A DNA stretch of 64,000 nt from a virus. Position 1 is the first letter of the stretch; each line of letters begins with the position of its first letter. Below are positions 28,601 through 38,779 of the stretch, one piece after another. The notes beneath the pieces were generated by a model, which was not told where the DNA came from, searched no databases, and saw only the letters and a program-made list of their open reading frames with translations. The DNA lies in the IMG/VR virus record IMGVR_UViG_3300044615_001997. One strand, written 5' to 3'. The translations under genes were made by a program, and so were the position numbers.

Positions 28601-30730
28601 ACTAAACAGACTTATGCCGATGTCGAAGCTCAGCGGATGGTGCAGTATCAACAAGCAGGCGTTAAATATGGCGGTATAAATTTTGAAAAAACTAGAGGAT
28701 TTAATATTGAAGATTTTACCTCTGCATTTACAGCAGCCAGCGACTTAAGACTCATTGGCGGCAAAGGTACACCTGTTGAAAAGATGGAGGGTTTTATGCA
28801 AAATGCTGGTGGTGCGATGTCCGCAGCTCGCAGTGTCTTTGGAGACGATTTGTCTGGGGGTCAGCTCGTAGGTAAAATAAGTGATTTGCTGGGCGGTAAA
28901 GCTCAAAACTTAACCTCTAGTCAAGGTTCGGAAGAAGTAGAAAAAATGCTCAGAGATGTAAAAGCAACAGCTAGAGTTGCAGGTATAAGTATAGATGCTT
29001 TGTTAGGGGTTATAGATGCTGCTAAGGAGGTGGCTAGAAATAACCCTAGATTGCGCATGATGAGTTCAGCAGCAATAACAGATATGACTATGAAAGCCTT
29101 GTCTACAACAGCATCCATGGCAGGTGTTATGAATGCTGAAGAATACCGTAGATCTGGCGGAACACAGCAAATGACTGCACAAAAAATAGGAGAAGATCAA
29201 AAACTTCTATCTTCAGATATAGGTCAATCTGTTATGGCGTTACAGCAAAAGTTTTCAGCTAATCCCGCACAGATGGCTGCGTTTGAAAGAGTCATGGAGG
29301 AGGGAGGTTATAACGAAACAGGCATAACTGAAAGAGATATTCCACGATTATTAAATGACTTAGCCTCTCAGCCTGAAATGGAGGGTATGAGTGCTTACGA
29401 TATGGCATTTGTCATGAACGATCCGACTTTAAGAGAGTTTGCATCTAAAAATGATGAAATAGTTAATAATACCCGTAGGGTGATGCAAAAAGCTGCAGGA
29501 TCACAATTTTTTAGAAGAGTAGAGTCTAGTACAGGACTCTCTAGAGAAGATTTAATAAACGAATTTACAGAGCGTAGAAAAACTGATGAAAATTTAACTC
29601 TTTCTGGATTTATAAGTGAGAAAGTGGGAGGTGTAGATCCAGCGGCTATGGGATTGTTTAAAGAATTGCAGCAAACAATATCTGAAGATTTTTATAGGGC
29701 AGTGGACCCAGAATATTTTAACAAGATTGACGAAACAAGAAAAAATCAAGCTGCTCTCGACGCTGAATTAGATAAAAAATTGGGTGGAAGAAATGCTCCA
29801 CTCATTACACAAATTGTCGACGAACTAGCTAGAGGTGATCAGCTCGACACATCAAAAACTGAAAAAATAATGCGGTTATTCGCAGATGAAGGCGTTTATA
29901 AGGATAAGGCTGAAATGGATAGACTCCAAACAGGCTTTACGCAAGCTATTGGAGCAGCTGCCACACAAGATGTCGAGGGAGCTGCTGAAGGGCTGTCTGA
30001 GGCGTTAAATGTAGATATCTCAGAACGAGATATTAACGATATAGTTGCTGGTGGAAAAGTTACTGGAAATTATAAAGAGGCGCAAAATGAATTTAGGCGA
30101 TTACTTGAAAATGGTCCTCAAAACGAACAAGAGGAAGTAAGATTAAGAGCTTATCAAGCAATGGAAGAATTGGGTTTGATAGACACTGATTCATCTTCTA
30201 CAGCTAAACAAAAAGCCTTTGAAGTATTTCAATCTGGTGAGGGAGCCGCTGGAGTTGTAGCCGGTGCCGTAGAGGCTGAGAAAAATAAAAAGAACCAAGA
30301 GCAGCTGCAGGAAGTTAAAACTCAAGTAGCTACTGGTTTAATGGACGAACTCCAGGTACGAGCAAGAGAGGGTTCTGGTTTAGGTGCTGTAGATGCGGCA
30401 GAGACACAAAAATTGTTAGATTATTATAGTGATAAAGGCGGGGCGGAACAGATGATGAAAGATGCCGCCGCAGGCACGGGCGCTTTTGATAAAGAGAGTG
30501 ATGTAGGAAAAACTTTCAACCAGGAAGAAGGAAGCACTATTAGCCAAGTAAAAGAGAGAATCAATACGGCTAATGAGCAAATTAATGAAACTGAGAAAAA
30601 GATTCAGGGTGAAGGTTCAGCATCTCCCGAAGAGGACGTAGCTAAACAATTAAAATCCTTGATTAAGGCTTTAGATGACAGTAAATTAACATCAGCTATT
30701 CAAAATTTAGCAGCTAACATTTCATCATAA
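25658..30730 (+). CDS. Tail tape measure protein (1690 aa)
   Basis: Very long helical Gln/Glu/Ala-rich ORF between the chaperones and the baseplate genes; internal ~75-aa repeats. Confidence 0.82.
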   Translation: MPEVSSLPANPDVSQYSPYGRNYGNGLLNLLAFSAFGFNYAPKPEGAQGMYDAYYQRERSRQFMNIQTDAFANNMLFKAAGFDPENNMLQFAGKAFGSPDGMVARMLSPLIGGNPMAAQMQLYAGLSGASVMGAFGRIGDVSKGETDEMMRVIEKNFYRTTPIEQVSEDMNKDFVNELKKNPQLAEQLGIGVPITETGEIDQEASQNLKSRGIEREKKAADLLKLEQEFKINEQDLKRPYNPELTINASNRLQGVLKNIGLSEKDIEGLKNTPTGEINLTSTRANLNKAAERLKTPEKYTTQIADRMAEMMGMPFKKNFISREIQSEGGVPIKIDGRDVPVELHTQEQRDKIAAARQTASAINSPLPTTKDLVDKSNTTQRRQQAFEELDVAKDLAKKMGIEDINKLSYEQNQGVITNINGKNVPTELISAQKTAISTTDQPNLNQPNQPNLNQPNQPSLDNEGQSRIPPADPSLYADIVKPEENEKRRKELNINIQEGFKLIDAIQTNEKGKPYNKALQEELSGSLESRLVDLGVSADALENNRTNLNSFTPEFIKQLEETNQASTQKVNAFNEQLKTNQFKINTPDYDIEKSKQLTADIKKILREDLNVSDDELQSATGNTGVINTDFVKQAVEKRDQNIQDVSGLFKDLETLNNKRPVSKKELNAISSSIEEQIVQTGSLSQDQISSGKTEEGRVSSDLMQTLENVNETAIQDIKNLAGGLENNELKSAAKNYDKELSKVISDKIKEKLEKAFGATEAELSAATNQQGVVDPQYVRNKLAEQEKKVQGIKQEFNRLEELHKAQEKPGEFSDPAQIEANNERQAEIRKILKDTYGVTQEQLDKATDEQGNIKSEFIKEVYDKEIERAEVEKAGLEFDKVEEFKLSEEAPKIRARYFDRQMQAQELGNLQLELKEVQKIDTEAGRARAVEINEQIVTKLKALGVSDKEIEENSTSQGGFLGIGDTSYLNEDFIQNKQQELTKQTYADVEAQRMVQYQQAGVKYGGINFEKTRGFNIEDFTSAFTAASDLRLIGGKGTPVEKMEGFMQNAGGAMSAARSVFGDDLSGGQLVGKISDLLGGKAQNLTSSQGSEEVEKMLRDVKATARVAGISIDALLGVIDAAKEVARNNPRLRMMSSAAITDMTMKALSTTASMAGVMNAEEYRRSGGTQQMTAQKIGEDQKLLSSDIGQSVMALQQKFSANPAQMAAFERVMEEGGYNETGITERDIPRLLNDLASQPEMEGMSAYDMAFVMNDPTLREFASKNDEIVNNTRRVMQKAAGSQFFRRVESSTGLSREDLINEFTERRKTDENLTLSGFISEKVGGVDPAAMGLFKELQQTISEDFYRAVDPEYFNKIDETRKNQAALDAELDKKLGGRNAPLITQIVDELARGDQLDTSKTEKIMRLFADEGVYKDKAEMDRLQTGFTQAIGAAATQDVEGAAEGLSEALNVDISERDINDIVAGGKVTGNYKEAQNEFRRLLENGPQNEQEEVRLRAYQAMEELGLIDTDSSSTAKQKAFEVFQSGEGAAGVVAGAVEAEKNKKNQEQLQEVKTQVATGLMDELQVRAREGSGLGAVDAAETQKLLDYYSDKGGAEQMMKDAAAGTGAFDKESDVGKTFNQEEGSTISQVKERINTANEQINETEKKIQGEGSASPEEDVAKQLKSLIKALDDSKLTSAIQNLAANISS
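26975..27034 (+). repeat. Short imperfect tandem repeat encoding DQPNLNQPNQPNLNQPNQPS
   Basis: Units of (aatcagcct) and (aatctc) visible in the DNA. Confidence 0.85.
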
Positions 30731-30731
30731 T

Positions 30732-31175
30732 ATGGGTGCAGTATTTGTAACGCTTAAGGGAGGAGACATTTTTAAAGGTGTTTCAGGCATATCTCATTTA
30801 ATTAAGGTACCTAAAATAGACGACATTTTAGGACAATCTGGACTAGCGCTCTATACTCAAGTGAGTGTGCAATTAGGAGAAACGTTGCAATACTTTTTAA
30901 CGTTTGATGATGTTATTAAATTTATACATTTTGGCAAGGGCCTAGGTAATATTGTAGCTGACGGAATAATGTTTTCTGAGAGAAATGGAGATTTACCTGG
31001 ATTACCGCAATTTTTTCAAGCGTTTAGTTCTTTAAGAGGTAAAAAAGAAACTATTACTGTAGGGGGTGAAGCTTTCACTGTGGTTATTTCCAGCGCTAAT
31101 ATTACAGCTATAGGAGAGCCTGACACTATGGCGTATTTTCAAGCTGTCTTCACAATTGTAGATCATCAATTATAA
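30732..31175 (+). CDS. Tail tube initiator / tube-like baseplate protein (147 aa)
   Basis: Directly after the tape measure; tube-sized and beta-rich. Confidence 0.5.
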   Translation: MGAVFVTLKGGDIFKGVSGISHLIKVPKIDDILGQSGLALYTQVSVQLGETLQYFLTFDDVIKFIHFGKGLGNIVADGIMFSERNGDLPGLPQFFQAFSSLRGKKETITVGGEAFTVVISSANITAIGEPDTMAYFQAVFTIVDHQL

Positions 31176-31177
31176 TT

Positions 31178-32086
31178 ATGGTTAATCACTACGCATCCTT
31201 ACTTTTGAATTTATCTGGAGAGAATGAGGTTAATGAAAATAAATCTTATTTTACCGACCATAGCTATAGCCAGTTGGAATTACCTTCAGCTTTAAAAGAA
31301 TTTTATAACCTGCTGTTTCCAGTAGGAAGTTCTTTTTATTATAGACAATTTTTATGTTATTGTTTTTTAAGGGTATTGCATTCTGCTAATATGCAAAATG
31401 AGATTATTAAATACGATAAACGAGTTTCTTATGACTTAGATCTTCTAAAGGAATATTTTAGATTGAAAAGATCTTCAGTTCCAACAACGTCTAACCCAAG
31501 TTTCACATTGACGTTATTGGGAGAATATACTGTTACTGGAGCAAATAATTATTATTTTAATTCTTATACAATTGCCCAAAATGGAGCTCTTCCTGAGGTA
31601 TACGTATATTCTGACGTGGATAAGCTTTTTTTAAAAAAGGACAAAGTGTCCCCGGTTAAATCAGATGAAATGCGAATACCGTTGATACCTACGTCTTCTC
31701 TTAGTATCGGAGGTAATTTTTATGCAGGAGGAGACTATATTCCTTACAGAATGACAAAAGCGGTACCGATTGGAACAACCGGACTAAGCTTTGTTTTATT
31801 GGGTAATTTTGATGATAATGTTTTTCCTGGAGGTAAGTTTACTGACACTCCTGATAAGTATTGGAACTTTATAGTCGAAAGCCCTTTTATATTCGAATTT
31901 ATGGATTTTTTTAATAAATTAGTTATGAGAGATACTGTCGTGGCTAGGATGATAAACTATGGTGAAAGTAATGTTACTAATTTAAATATTTTTAATAATC
32001 ACTATAACGAAGCTTATAGGTTTTCTGGCTTATTAAATCTATATATAGAAAAGGTTAATGCTATATGGGTCAGAAATCAGATGTAA
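31178..32086 (+). CDS. Putative baseplate protein (302 aa)
   Basis: Position in the baseplate cluster. Confidence 0.45.
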   Translation: MVNHYASLLLNLSGENEVNENKSYFTDHSYSQLELPSALKEFYNLLFPVGSSFYYRQFLCYCFLRVLHSANMQNEIIKYDKRVSYDLDLLKEYFRLKRSSVPTTSNPSFTLTLLGEYTVTGANNYYFNSYTIAQNGALPEVYVYSDVDKLFLKKDKVSPVKSDEMRIPLIPTSSLSIGGNFYAGGDYIPYRMTKAVPIGTTGLSFVLLGNFDDNVFPGGKFTDTPDKYWNFIVESPFIFEFMDFFNKLVMRDTVVARMINYGESNVTNLNIFNNHYNEAYRFSGLLNLYIEKVNAIWVRNQM

Positions 32087-33738
32087 AACTCGAAGTAACC
32101 CCACTTCCTGGCGTCACTGTCACTGGAATAACTCTCAATTTTACAGCGGGAGCTATACCTACCTGTATTGTAGATGTCGCTCCCGACGAAAAGGACGTTA
32201 TCAAGATTGAGGGAACAGCTAAAGGAATTTTAGCTAATCCAGATCAAGAAAAACGCAAGAATGACATTCAGGTTAAATTAGAAGTAAAAAGTAAGAGTGG
32301 GGCCGGAGATAAAACCAGAAAGTTAGAATGGAAGGGATATTTTGACGGATTAACTGTAGGTAACACGGTAGGACAAAATACTTATCAAGCTATTTTAAAG
32401 GGGAAAGCTCAAACCTTGTTAGAGTTAACTCTTTTAACTCCAGGATTACATCCTACATCGATTAATCCATATCGTAATCCCCTTTACGCTATCATAGGTA
32501 ACGCTAATGCTGGCGACGAGCAGAGTGAGGTAGCTATAAGTAGTTCGGAGTGGTCAGCTGATGTAGATATAAAACAAGATCCTATAAAATTTTATACTAG
32601 TCTTATTGAGCGTTTAATAAAATTACAAAAGTCAGAATATTCTAAATTTTTAGGAAGTGAAAAGGGTACGGACGGGCAACAAGCTATTGTAAAGATTTTG
32701 AGTGAACAAAGGTACACAAAAGCTTTAACTAGGGCAGAAAAATTATGGCAAAAAATAAATACTGATGCTGTTAAATCGGGTAGCATATCTGGTTTAAAGT
32801 GCAGTAATCCTAACGCTGCTAGCGCTATGCGAAATATGATACTTCAAGGCCCTAACGTCATGTTGGAAAACTACATGAATTTTTTAAATTTTATGGGATG
32901 TACTATGATTTTTGGCGGAGACGAAAAAATGTGGGTTGTTCCAGAGAGGTCTTTTATAAAACAAGAGCACAGTAAACCTGGAAAGAAAAAACCATCCGAT
33001 AAAGTGAATGTGGCAAACCCAGCCGATTATAATAGTTATACTTACAACGATAACGGTTATAGGGATATTTTTGCTGTCATATCCATGACTGAAGTACCTA
33101 TCGGAGGCACAACAGTTTTATCTAAAGAACTCGAGCCTGGCTTTGTTGGCTGGTATTACGATGAAAATGAATTAACTCAAGCTTCAGGTTTGCTAGTAAT
33201 TAGAAATCACCCATTTTTTCCATTTTTTTCTGTTAACGACAATAACTATGCTGACGCTAAAGAAATGAAAAATAAAGCTGACGGAGGAAGCTCTTACTAC
33301 GAGTCAGAAAAAAAATGGGGGCAAGAAAAAGAAAAAGAAGATCAAAAAAAGCGAGCCAAAGAGAAACAGCAAAAATACGAACAGACTTTAAAAGACTTAA
33401 TAAACAACTATTCTGAGACAAAATTTTATCAAGGTCGTTATGGGGATAGACGTGGAACTATTACTATGGATTTTAATCCAAAATGGTGTCCTGGAACAGG
33501 AGGCACATTATTCGTCAGAGAAACAGGATTTTTTATAGACTTTTGGGTTGAGAGTGTTACTCACCGAGTAGATATGACTCCTCCCGCAGGTGGGTCAGCT
33601 ATAACTGTTGTTAACTTTTGCTGCGGTAGAATGGGGACTAGCCCTGTAGGAACTCAAAAAGACGTATTTTTAGGTTATGACAAGGGTAAAGAAAATCAAG
33701 TAAGAGACGCCTTTATACAAGACTTAAAAGCCCAATAA
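32065..33738 (+). CDS. Baseplate hub protein (gpD/gp27-like, 557 aa)
   Basis: Position; C-terminal GTITMDFNP..PG....FWVESVTHRV pattern typical of hub proteins. Confidence 0.55.
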   Translation: MGQKSDVKLEVTPLPGVTVTGITLNFTAGAIPTCIVDVAPDEKDVIKIEGTAKGILANPDQEKRKNDIQVKLEVKSKSGAGDKTRKLEWKGYFDGLTVGNTVGQNTYQAILKGKAQTLLELTLLTPGLHPTSINPYRNPLYAIIGNANAGDEQSEVAISSSEWSADVDIKQDPIKFYTSLIERLIKLQKSEYSKFLGSEKGTDGQQAIVKILSEQRYTKALTRAEKLWQKINTDAVKSGSISGLKCSNPNAASAMRNMILQGPNVMLENYMNFLNFMGCTMIFGGDEKMWVVPERSFIKQEHSKPGKKKPSDKVNVANPADYNSYTYNDNGYRDIFAVISMTEVPIGGTTVLSKELEPGFVGWYYDENELTQASGLLVIRNHPFFPFFSVNDNNYADAKEMKNKADGGSSYYESEKKWGQEKEKEDQKKRAKEKQQKYEQTLKDLINNYSETKFYQGRYGDRRGTITMDFNPKWCPGTGGTLFVRETGFFIDFWVESVTHRVDMTPPAGGSAITVVNFCCGRMGTSPVGTQKDVFLGYDKGKENQVRDAFIQDLKAQ

Positions 33739-33739
33739 T

Positions 33740-34378
33740 ATGAAAGATAAAATTACAGTAGAAAAACTTTTAGCAGATCATAAAAAATTGATCGATTCTG
33801 AGTCTAGAAAATATGCTGTAAATGTACCTCTTGTAACAGTGCAGATTGAGGCCTACAAATTAGCTAGAAAAGCTGCTGAAACCTATACTCCCGGAGATGT
33901 GAAGTTTAGTACATATCTAGTCAATAATTTAAAAAAGTTATCTAGAATCTCTACTCAGTATGGGAGCTCTATTCGTATGCCGGAAAATATTCAGTTTGGT
34001 ATAAATAAATTGAATATAGCTGAAAAAGATTTAGAAAGCTCTTTGGGTAGGGAGGCCACCGTTTCAGAATTATCTGACTACACCGGATTCAACCTTAAAA
34101 CCGTAGACAACTTATTGAAAAACAAAAAAACAATGGTTTCTATTAATAACTTATTAACCACCCCCACCATCATAGACAGTTCTAACGACGAATGGCTTTC
34201 TTTTGTTTATCACGATTTAACAGCTAAAGATAAAATTATATTCGAGCATAAAACCGGCTTTGGTGGTAAAAAAGTTATAGAGAATGATAAAATAGCTAAA
34301 AAATTAAATTTGTCGCAAGCACAGTTAAATAATAGAATAAATATTATCAGTGATATGATTAACCGAGGCTGGAAATAA
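33740..34378 (+). CDS. Phage-encoded sigma70-family RNA polymerase sigma factor (212 aa)
   Basis: Region 2 KAAETY..GDVKFSTYL; region 3 IRMPE...LESSLGREATVSELS; region 4-like LTAKDKIIF..KTG...IAKKLNLS. Confidence 0.85.
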   Translation: MKDKITVEKLLADHKKLIDSESRKYAVNVPLVTVQIEAYKLARKAAETYTPGDVKFSTYLVNNLKKLSRISTQYGSSIRMPENIQFGINKLNIAEKDLESSLGREATVSELSDYTGFNLKTVDNLLKNKKTMVSINNLLTTPTIIDSSNDEWLSFVYHDLTAKDKIIFEHKTGFGGKKVIENDKIAKKLNLSQAQLNNRINIISDMINRGWK

Positions 34379-34379
34379 C

Positions 34380-34799
34380 ATGCAAGTAAAAGAACTCAAA
34401 GAATTATTTCAAAAAATAAAAAAATGGTACGAGGAGGATATACCTGACAAGCGTGAGCAAAACGACAAAGAAGGTAGACGTTGGTATACAGATTCTTTAC
34501 CTTGGGATAAACCTTTGAAGGTTGAAGATTTAAAGAAAGCTACCGATAGACAGCAACTCAATCAGGAGTACGTTCAACGATGGAAAGAAACAAAGCCACC
34601 GGCACGTAAAGGTGTTTCTGCCCATAAGCTAGAAATAAGCCAGCTTTATTCTTTTAATAAAACATTTGTGCAAAGATATAAAAGCAGATTGAGATATTAC
34701 CAAGACGATACTTCTCAGAAAAAGGCCAGAATAATGTATAATGTGTGGCAGTCTTTCGCAATTTTTGATAGATTTAAAAATGAGACAATGAATGGATAG
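34380..34799 (+). CDS. Hypothetical protein (139 aa)
   Basis: Tightly packed ORF in the operon. Confidence 0.55.
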   Translation: MQVKELKELFQKIKKWYEEDIPDKREQNDKEGRRWYTDSLPWDKPLKVEDLKKATDRQQLNQEYVQRWKETKPPARKGVSAHKLEISQLYSFNKTFVQRYKSRLRYYQDDTSQKKARIMYNVWQSFAIFDRFKNETMNG

Positions 34800-34801
34800 A
34801 T

Positions 34802-35281
34802 ATGCCCATAATTAAAGAAACATCAGACTATACCGGTCGTAAAAAAGACATCAGTATTCTGCAGTATCCAAATGTAGAAATTATTGATGGAGTTGAGGTT
34901 TTCCCAAAATTTGGAAAACCTTCTCGTTTTTGTGCCGGAGTACAGAAGCTTATTCAACGTTATATGATTCTGATGCTTACAAATATAAAATCTCAAGATT
35001 ATTATCCAGATTTTGCTACAGACTTTTTATGGCCTTTACAGGCAGGTATAGGTCCGACAGACAACATCACAGCTCGTCAAATATTTACATTGGCGGATTA
35101 TGCAGCTGTAAATATAATAAAGAATTATCAAATAGACAACCCTGAGCTACCTCTAGACGAGCAGTTAGATTTTACTACTCTTCGTAATATAAGTTTGTAT
35201 GGTAGTTTTGTGTCATTTGATGTTAAACTAACTACGTTGGCTGGAGAAGCCGTAGATTTTCTAGTCCCATTACCTAAATAA
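34802..35281 (+). CDS. Baseplate wedge protein (gp25-like)
   Basis: GVQKLIQRYMILMLT..S..YPDFAT and PLDEQL patterns; directly upstream of the baseplate J-like gene. Confidence 0.7.
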   Translation: MPIIKETSDYTGRKKDISILQYPNVEIIDGVEVFPKFGKPSRFCAGVQKLIQRYMILMLTNIKSQDYYPDFATDFLWPLQAGIGPTDNITARQIFTLADYAAVNIIKNYQIDNPELPLDEQLDFTTLRNISLYGSFVSFDVKLTTLAGEAVDFLVPLPK

Positions 35282-35282
35282 C

Positions 35283-36917
35283 ATGGCTGAAATATTACAA
35301 GAGACCGTAGATAGGCTTACAACATTTATTTCTGAAAATTATTCAGAGGCAGATGTTTCTCCTGGTTCTGTACTGAGTGAGTTGTTAATTAAGTTAGCCG
35401 CAGCGGTACAAAACGAACAATATAACTACATAGATAGCTTATCGCAAGGCAAAGCAATTTCACAAGTACTTAGCAATGAAACAGATAGCTATCTTTCTAC
35501 AATAGATTTAATCGCATCTAACTACAACACATCTAGAAGCGAAGGTAAGAAAGTTACAGGAAATATAAAGGTAACAGTTTCTTCCCCCAACACATATTCT
35601 TTTGTAGACAATTTAACTTTTATTCAGCCTGCTCTAGGTCTTAGGTATGTTGTTACTGGAGCTTTTGATATCGAAGAAAATCCTGATTTAACTAATGGAG
35701 AATTAAAGCTATACGAAAAAAACGGCATACACTATTTTATTTTACCTGTAGTAGCTGAAGAAGTTGGCGGTAACTACCAAGTATCTTCAGGAACTGTTTT
35801 TTCAGTTGTCGAACCCTTCTTTATAAATAATTTTGTAAAAGCTGAAGCTTACGGCAATTTTACTTCAGGTGCCCCAGTAGATACAGACAGGCAGCTGATA
35901 GCTAAGTTTAAACAAACCTTAGGTAGTTCTAGATTTGAATCGGCGGCAGGTATAGCCAACAGAATTAAGCAGCAATACCCATCATTTCAGTCACTTTCCG
36001 TTGTGGGGGCAAATGATCCTGAAATGCTGAGATCTAAACAAAATGTTTTAGGTATTTCTACTTTTGGTAAGGCGGATGTTTATGTCAGAACTTCAGTAGG
36101 ACCAGAGTTAAAAACTGCTACAGTCGTAGGTACAAAGATACAGAATGGAAAATGGCGAATTCAGTTAGACAACAGCTTTTGCTCAGGATTTTATAGACTT
36201 TCTTCTATTTTACCCGCTGTAGATGATATATCTATGAGTGGAACTTTACTTACAACAAATATCTCTTACGGTTATAGGCAGTTTTTGGGTGCTAGAAATA
36301 ATGAAATTAATAACGCTCTAGAAGCTCGTTTTACAAAATATCAAACAGCCGCCATAGACTTTAGCTATAATGAAACTCCAAATATACCTTTAGTCTCAGG
36401 GCAACAACCCCCAACTAAAGAATTTGAAATCACAGCAATTTATCAACCTTACATAGAAGAAATTCAAAATCTACTTCTTTCGGATAGCGAACGATTTGCC
36501 TGTGCCGACTATTTGGTTAAAGCTGTTTTACCTTGTTTTGTTTCTTTAGAGATACCTGTTGTAAAAAAACAGAGTACAGACACTTATGACTCGTTACGAT
36601 TGAATAAATTAAAGCAGGATATATTTACATATATAAACACTATTCCTTTTGGAGAAGATTTGTACGCATCTAAAATTATAGATCTATGTCATAATTACGA
36701 CATCGCACGTGTAGATTTACCTGTAGTTTTAAAGGGAGATATTTTTTGTAATGATGGAACAATAATTACTATAACAGATACAGATTATTTATCTATACCT
36801 ACACGAATAGAAAAAGGTGTTTCTAAAATGACTACGCTTTATTTTACAGATTATTATAGATTTGACCAAGATGATGAGCTAGAAACCGTAGACAATATAG
36901 GAATTAAATTAATCTGA
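35283..36917 (+). CDS. Baseplate wedge protein (baseplate J / gp6-like, 544 aa)
   Basis: DVSPGSVLSELL, VVAEEVGGNYQV, SGAPVDTDRQL, G.ADVYV motifs of the baseplate-J family. Confidence 0.82.
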   Translation: MAEILQETVDRLTTFISENYSEADVSPGSVLSELLIKLAAAVQNEQYNYIDSLSQGKAISQVLSNETDSYLSTIDLIASNYNTSRSEGKKVTGNIKVTVSSPNTYSFVDNLTFIQPALGLRYVVTGAFDIEENPDLTNGELKLYEKNGIHYFILPVVAEEVGGNYQVSSGTVFSVVEPFFINNFVKAEAYGNFTSGAPVDTDRQLIAKFKQTLGSSRFESAAGIANRIKQQYPSFQSLSVVGANDPEMLRSKQNVLGISTFGKADVYVRTSVGPELKTATVVGTKIQNGKWRIQLDNSFCSGFYRLSSILPAVDDISMSGTLLTTNISYGYRQFLGARNNEINNALEARFTKYQTAAIDFSYNETPNIPLVSGQQPPTKEFEITAIYQPYIEEIQNLLLSDSERFACADYLVKAVLPCFVSLEIPVVKKQSTDTYDSLRLNKLKQDIFTYINTIPFGEDLYASKIIDLCHNYDIARVDLPVVLKGDIFCNDGTIITITDTDYLSIPTRIEKGVSKMTTLYFTDYYRFDQDDELETVDNIGIKLI

Positions 36918-38755
36918 TGGACTTCGATTTTATATCTAAAAAATTTCCTTCAAATGACGCAACCGACGGTAATAAGTTATACAAATCACTTGGATCGTTT
37001 TGGACTCAGATTTTTCAAGAGAAGGGAACTCTAAAAGGTTATACTTTAGGTATGGCCGAAGAGTTAATTCAAAGTTATTACTCTCTTATCGAAGTTTTAA
37101 ATTCTTATTCGATTAAAGATACTCCTATTTTTAATTTAAAGCGTTGGCAGCCTATCACTATAAAAAAATCTGAATTTAATCAGGTTTCTTTAAACTTTCA
37201 AAAAAACTCCGCTGTTTTTGGAGCTCAACCAGAAAGCGATAGATTTTATGCTGGAAAAGTTTTTCGTTTTGGTTTTCCTAAAAACACTAATAATAATGTT
37301 TTTAGCTATAAGCCAAAAATTAAGTTAAAAAAATTTAATTTGTTAGCTAACCGAATTATAGGTCCTTCTATTTTTTACATAAATGGTGTTGATGTGATTA
37401 TTGATGATTTTGATGTACTTTATTTTAATAAAAATATTTTTGAATCAAAAGAATTCCCTAAAGCCTCTATTGTTAGCGAACATGGAGAGCCAGTAACATT
37501 TAAAGATGAAAAAGGTAACATTGTTGATGACGAATTTATTATTATTTGGGCTTATCATGCTGAATTAGATAATGCTAATTTGTATGATAATTTTGGTCGA
37601 ATTTTTGAATTAAACTTACCTTCATCTCAAAGCTATAAAGATATTTTAAATGGTATAATTAATTTGTTTGTCGCTGGCCCTACTGTTAATGCAATAAAAG
37701 CTATAATGTCGGCTTTTGGAGGGGTTGTTCCGGTGATAGAGCCCGAAGAGACAGTAGAGCAAGTTTATTCAGATAATTTAAATAAGTATGTGGTTACCGA
37801 TAAAAATATATACACATTTAAACCATATCAAAATATTTTAAAAAATATAACAGTAGGTTCAACTGTTTATGGTGGAGAGATTTTAATAGACTTGGTGCAA
37901 TATTATGACCTTTTAACTACGCCCCAATGGTGGCAAAAAGAGATTACTACACCTAAACTGGCACTTTCGTCGCATATATTTTTAGGAAATTATAAGCACC
38001 AGCTTTTTTTACCTAACAATGTAGATTTAATTACTTTAACTACTCAAGACAATCTAGTTTTTCCGATTCAGGGTAGAGCAGAGGATGTCAGAGAATTTCA
38101 TAAACACATAAACAAGCCAGAAAATAAACAAGAGTTAAAACAAAAGTTGGGATTAACACCTGACTCTCCATCTACGGTAATAAATCCCGTAGACTTTGTT
38201 TTTACAAACATACTAAAAAATAATACTGCGTTATTAAAATTTAATTTTAACAATCCTGAAGAATTAGCATACTTTTTTAATTTTTTACCGCTAATTAAAG
38301 ATTACCTACCTCCACACGTTTATTTACTGTTTTATATTAACCTTAATTTGCCTATTGATGTTTTGGATAACTTGAATGAGCGTTACAGTTTAAAGGATTT
38401 TCCAAATATTCCTTTAAGTATAGACGGTTCTTTAGGGAATGGTCTACGTCCCCAGCTAGCTACAAACGATATCTCATATTACAAAGATTATATAAATAGA
38501 CTTTTTTGTATTAGTGAAGGACCCTACGCTGAAGACGCTGCCCATGGAGGCACAATTCCAGCTTCTGAAGAAGATAAAGAGCCATTACACAAAGAACAAA
38601 ATTTATTAAAAGTAACTATGATGACTGAAGGGCAAGGAGCGGCTATTCCTGGACAAGCTAGGGTAATTAGTGGTAAAGTTTTTACTAGCATACCTGAAAC
38701 ACCTGTACCGACTACTAGAGAAATTCCTACAGTGTTATTAATCGACTTTTCCTAG
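36917..38755 (+). CDS. Baseplate wedge protein (gp7/tail-I-like, 612 aa)
   Basis: Follows the J-like gene; LYDNFG, YKDIL.GIINLFVAGPT..AIK, IKDYLPPH. Confidence 0.65.
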   Translation: MDFDFISKKFPSNDATDGNKLYKSLGSFWTQIFQEKGTLKGYTLGMAEELIQSYYSLIEVLNSYSIKDTPIFNLKRWQPITIKKSEFNQVSLNFQKNSAVFGAQPESDRFYAGKVFRFGFPKNTNNNVFSYKPKIKLKKFNLLANRIIGPSIFYINGVDVIIDDFDVLYFNKNIFESKEFPKASIVSEHGEPVTFKDEKGNIVDDEFIIIWAYHAELDNANLYDNFGRIFELNLPSSQSYKDILNGIINLFVAGPTVNAIKAIMSAFGGVVPVIEPEETVEQVYSDNLNKYVVTDKNIYTFKPYQNILKNITVGSTVYGGEILIDLVQYYDLLTTPQWWQKEITTPKLALSSHIFLGNYKHQLFLPNNVDLITLTTQDNLVFPIQGRAEDVREFHKHINKPENKQELKQKLGLTPDSPSTVINPVDFVFTNILKNNTALLKFNFNNPEELAYFFNFLPLIKDYLPPHVYLLFYINLNLPIDVLDNLNERYSLKDFPNIPLSIDGSLGNGLRPQLATNDISYYKDYINRLFCISEGPYAEDAAHGGTIPASEEDKEPLHKEQNLLKVTMMTEGQGAAIPGQARVISGKVFTSIPETPVPTTREIPTVLLIDFS

Positions 38756-38779
38756 CATTAACGTATAATTGTAGAAAAT

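Noticed and set aside
18234-38755. Bacterial contractile injection system (eCIS/T6SS/tailocin) instead of a phage tail
   Set aside because: Linked capsid, protease, neck genes, RNAP and typical small phage genes indicate a complete phage
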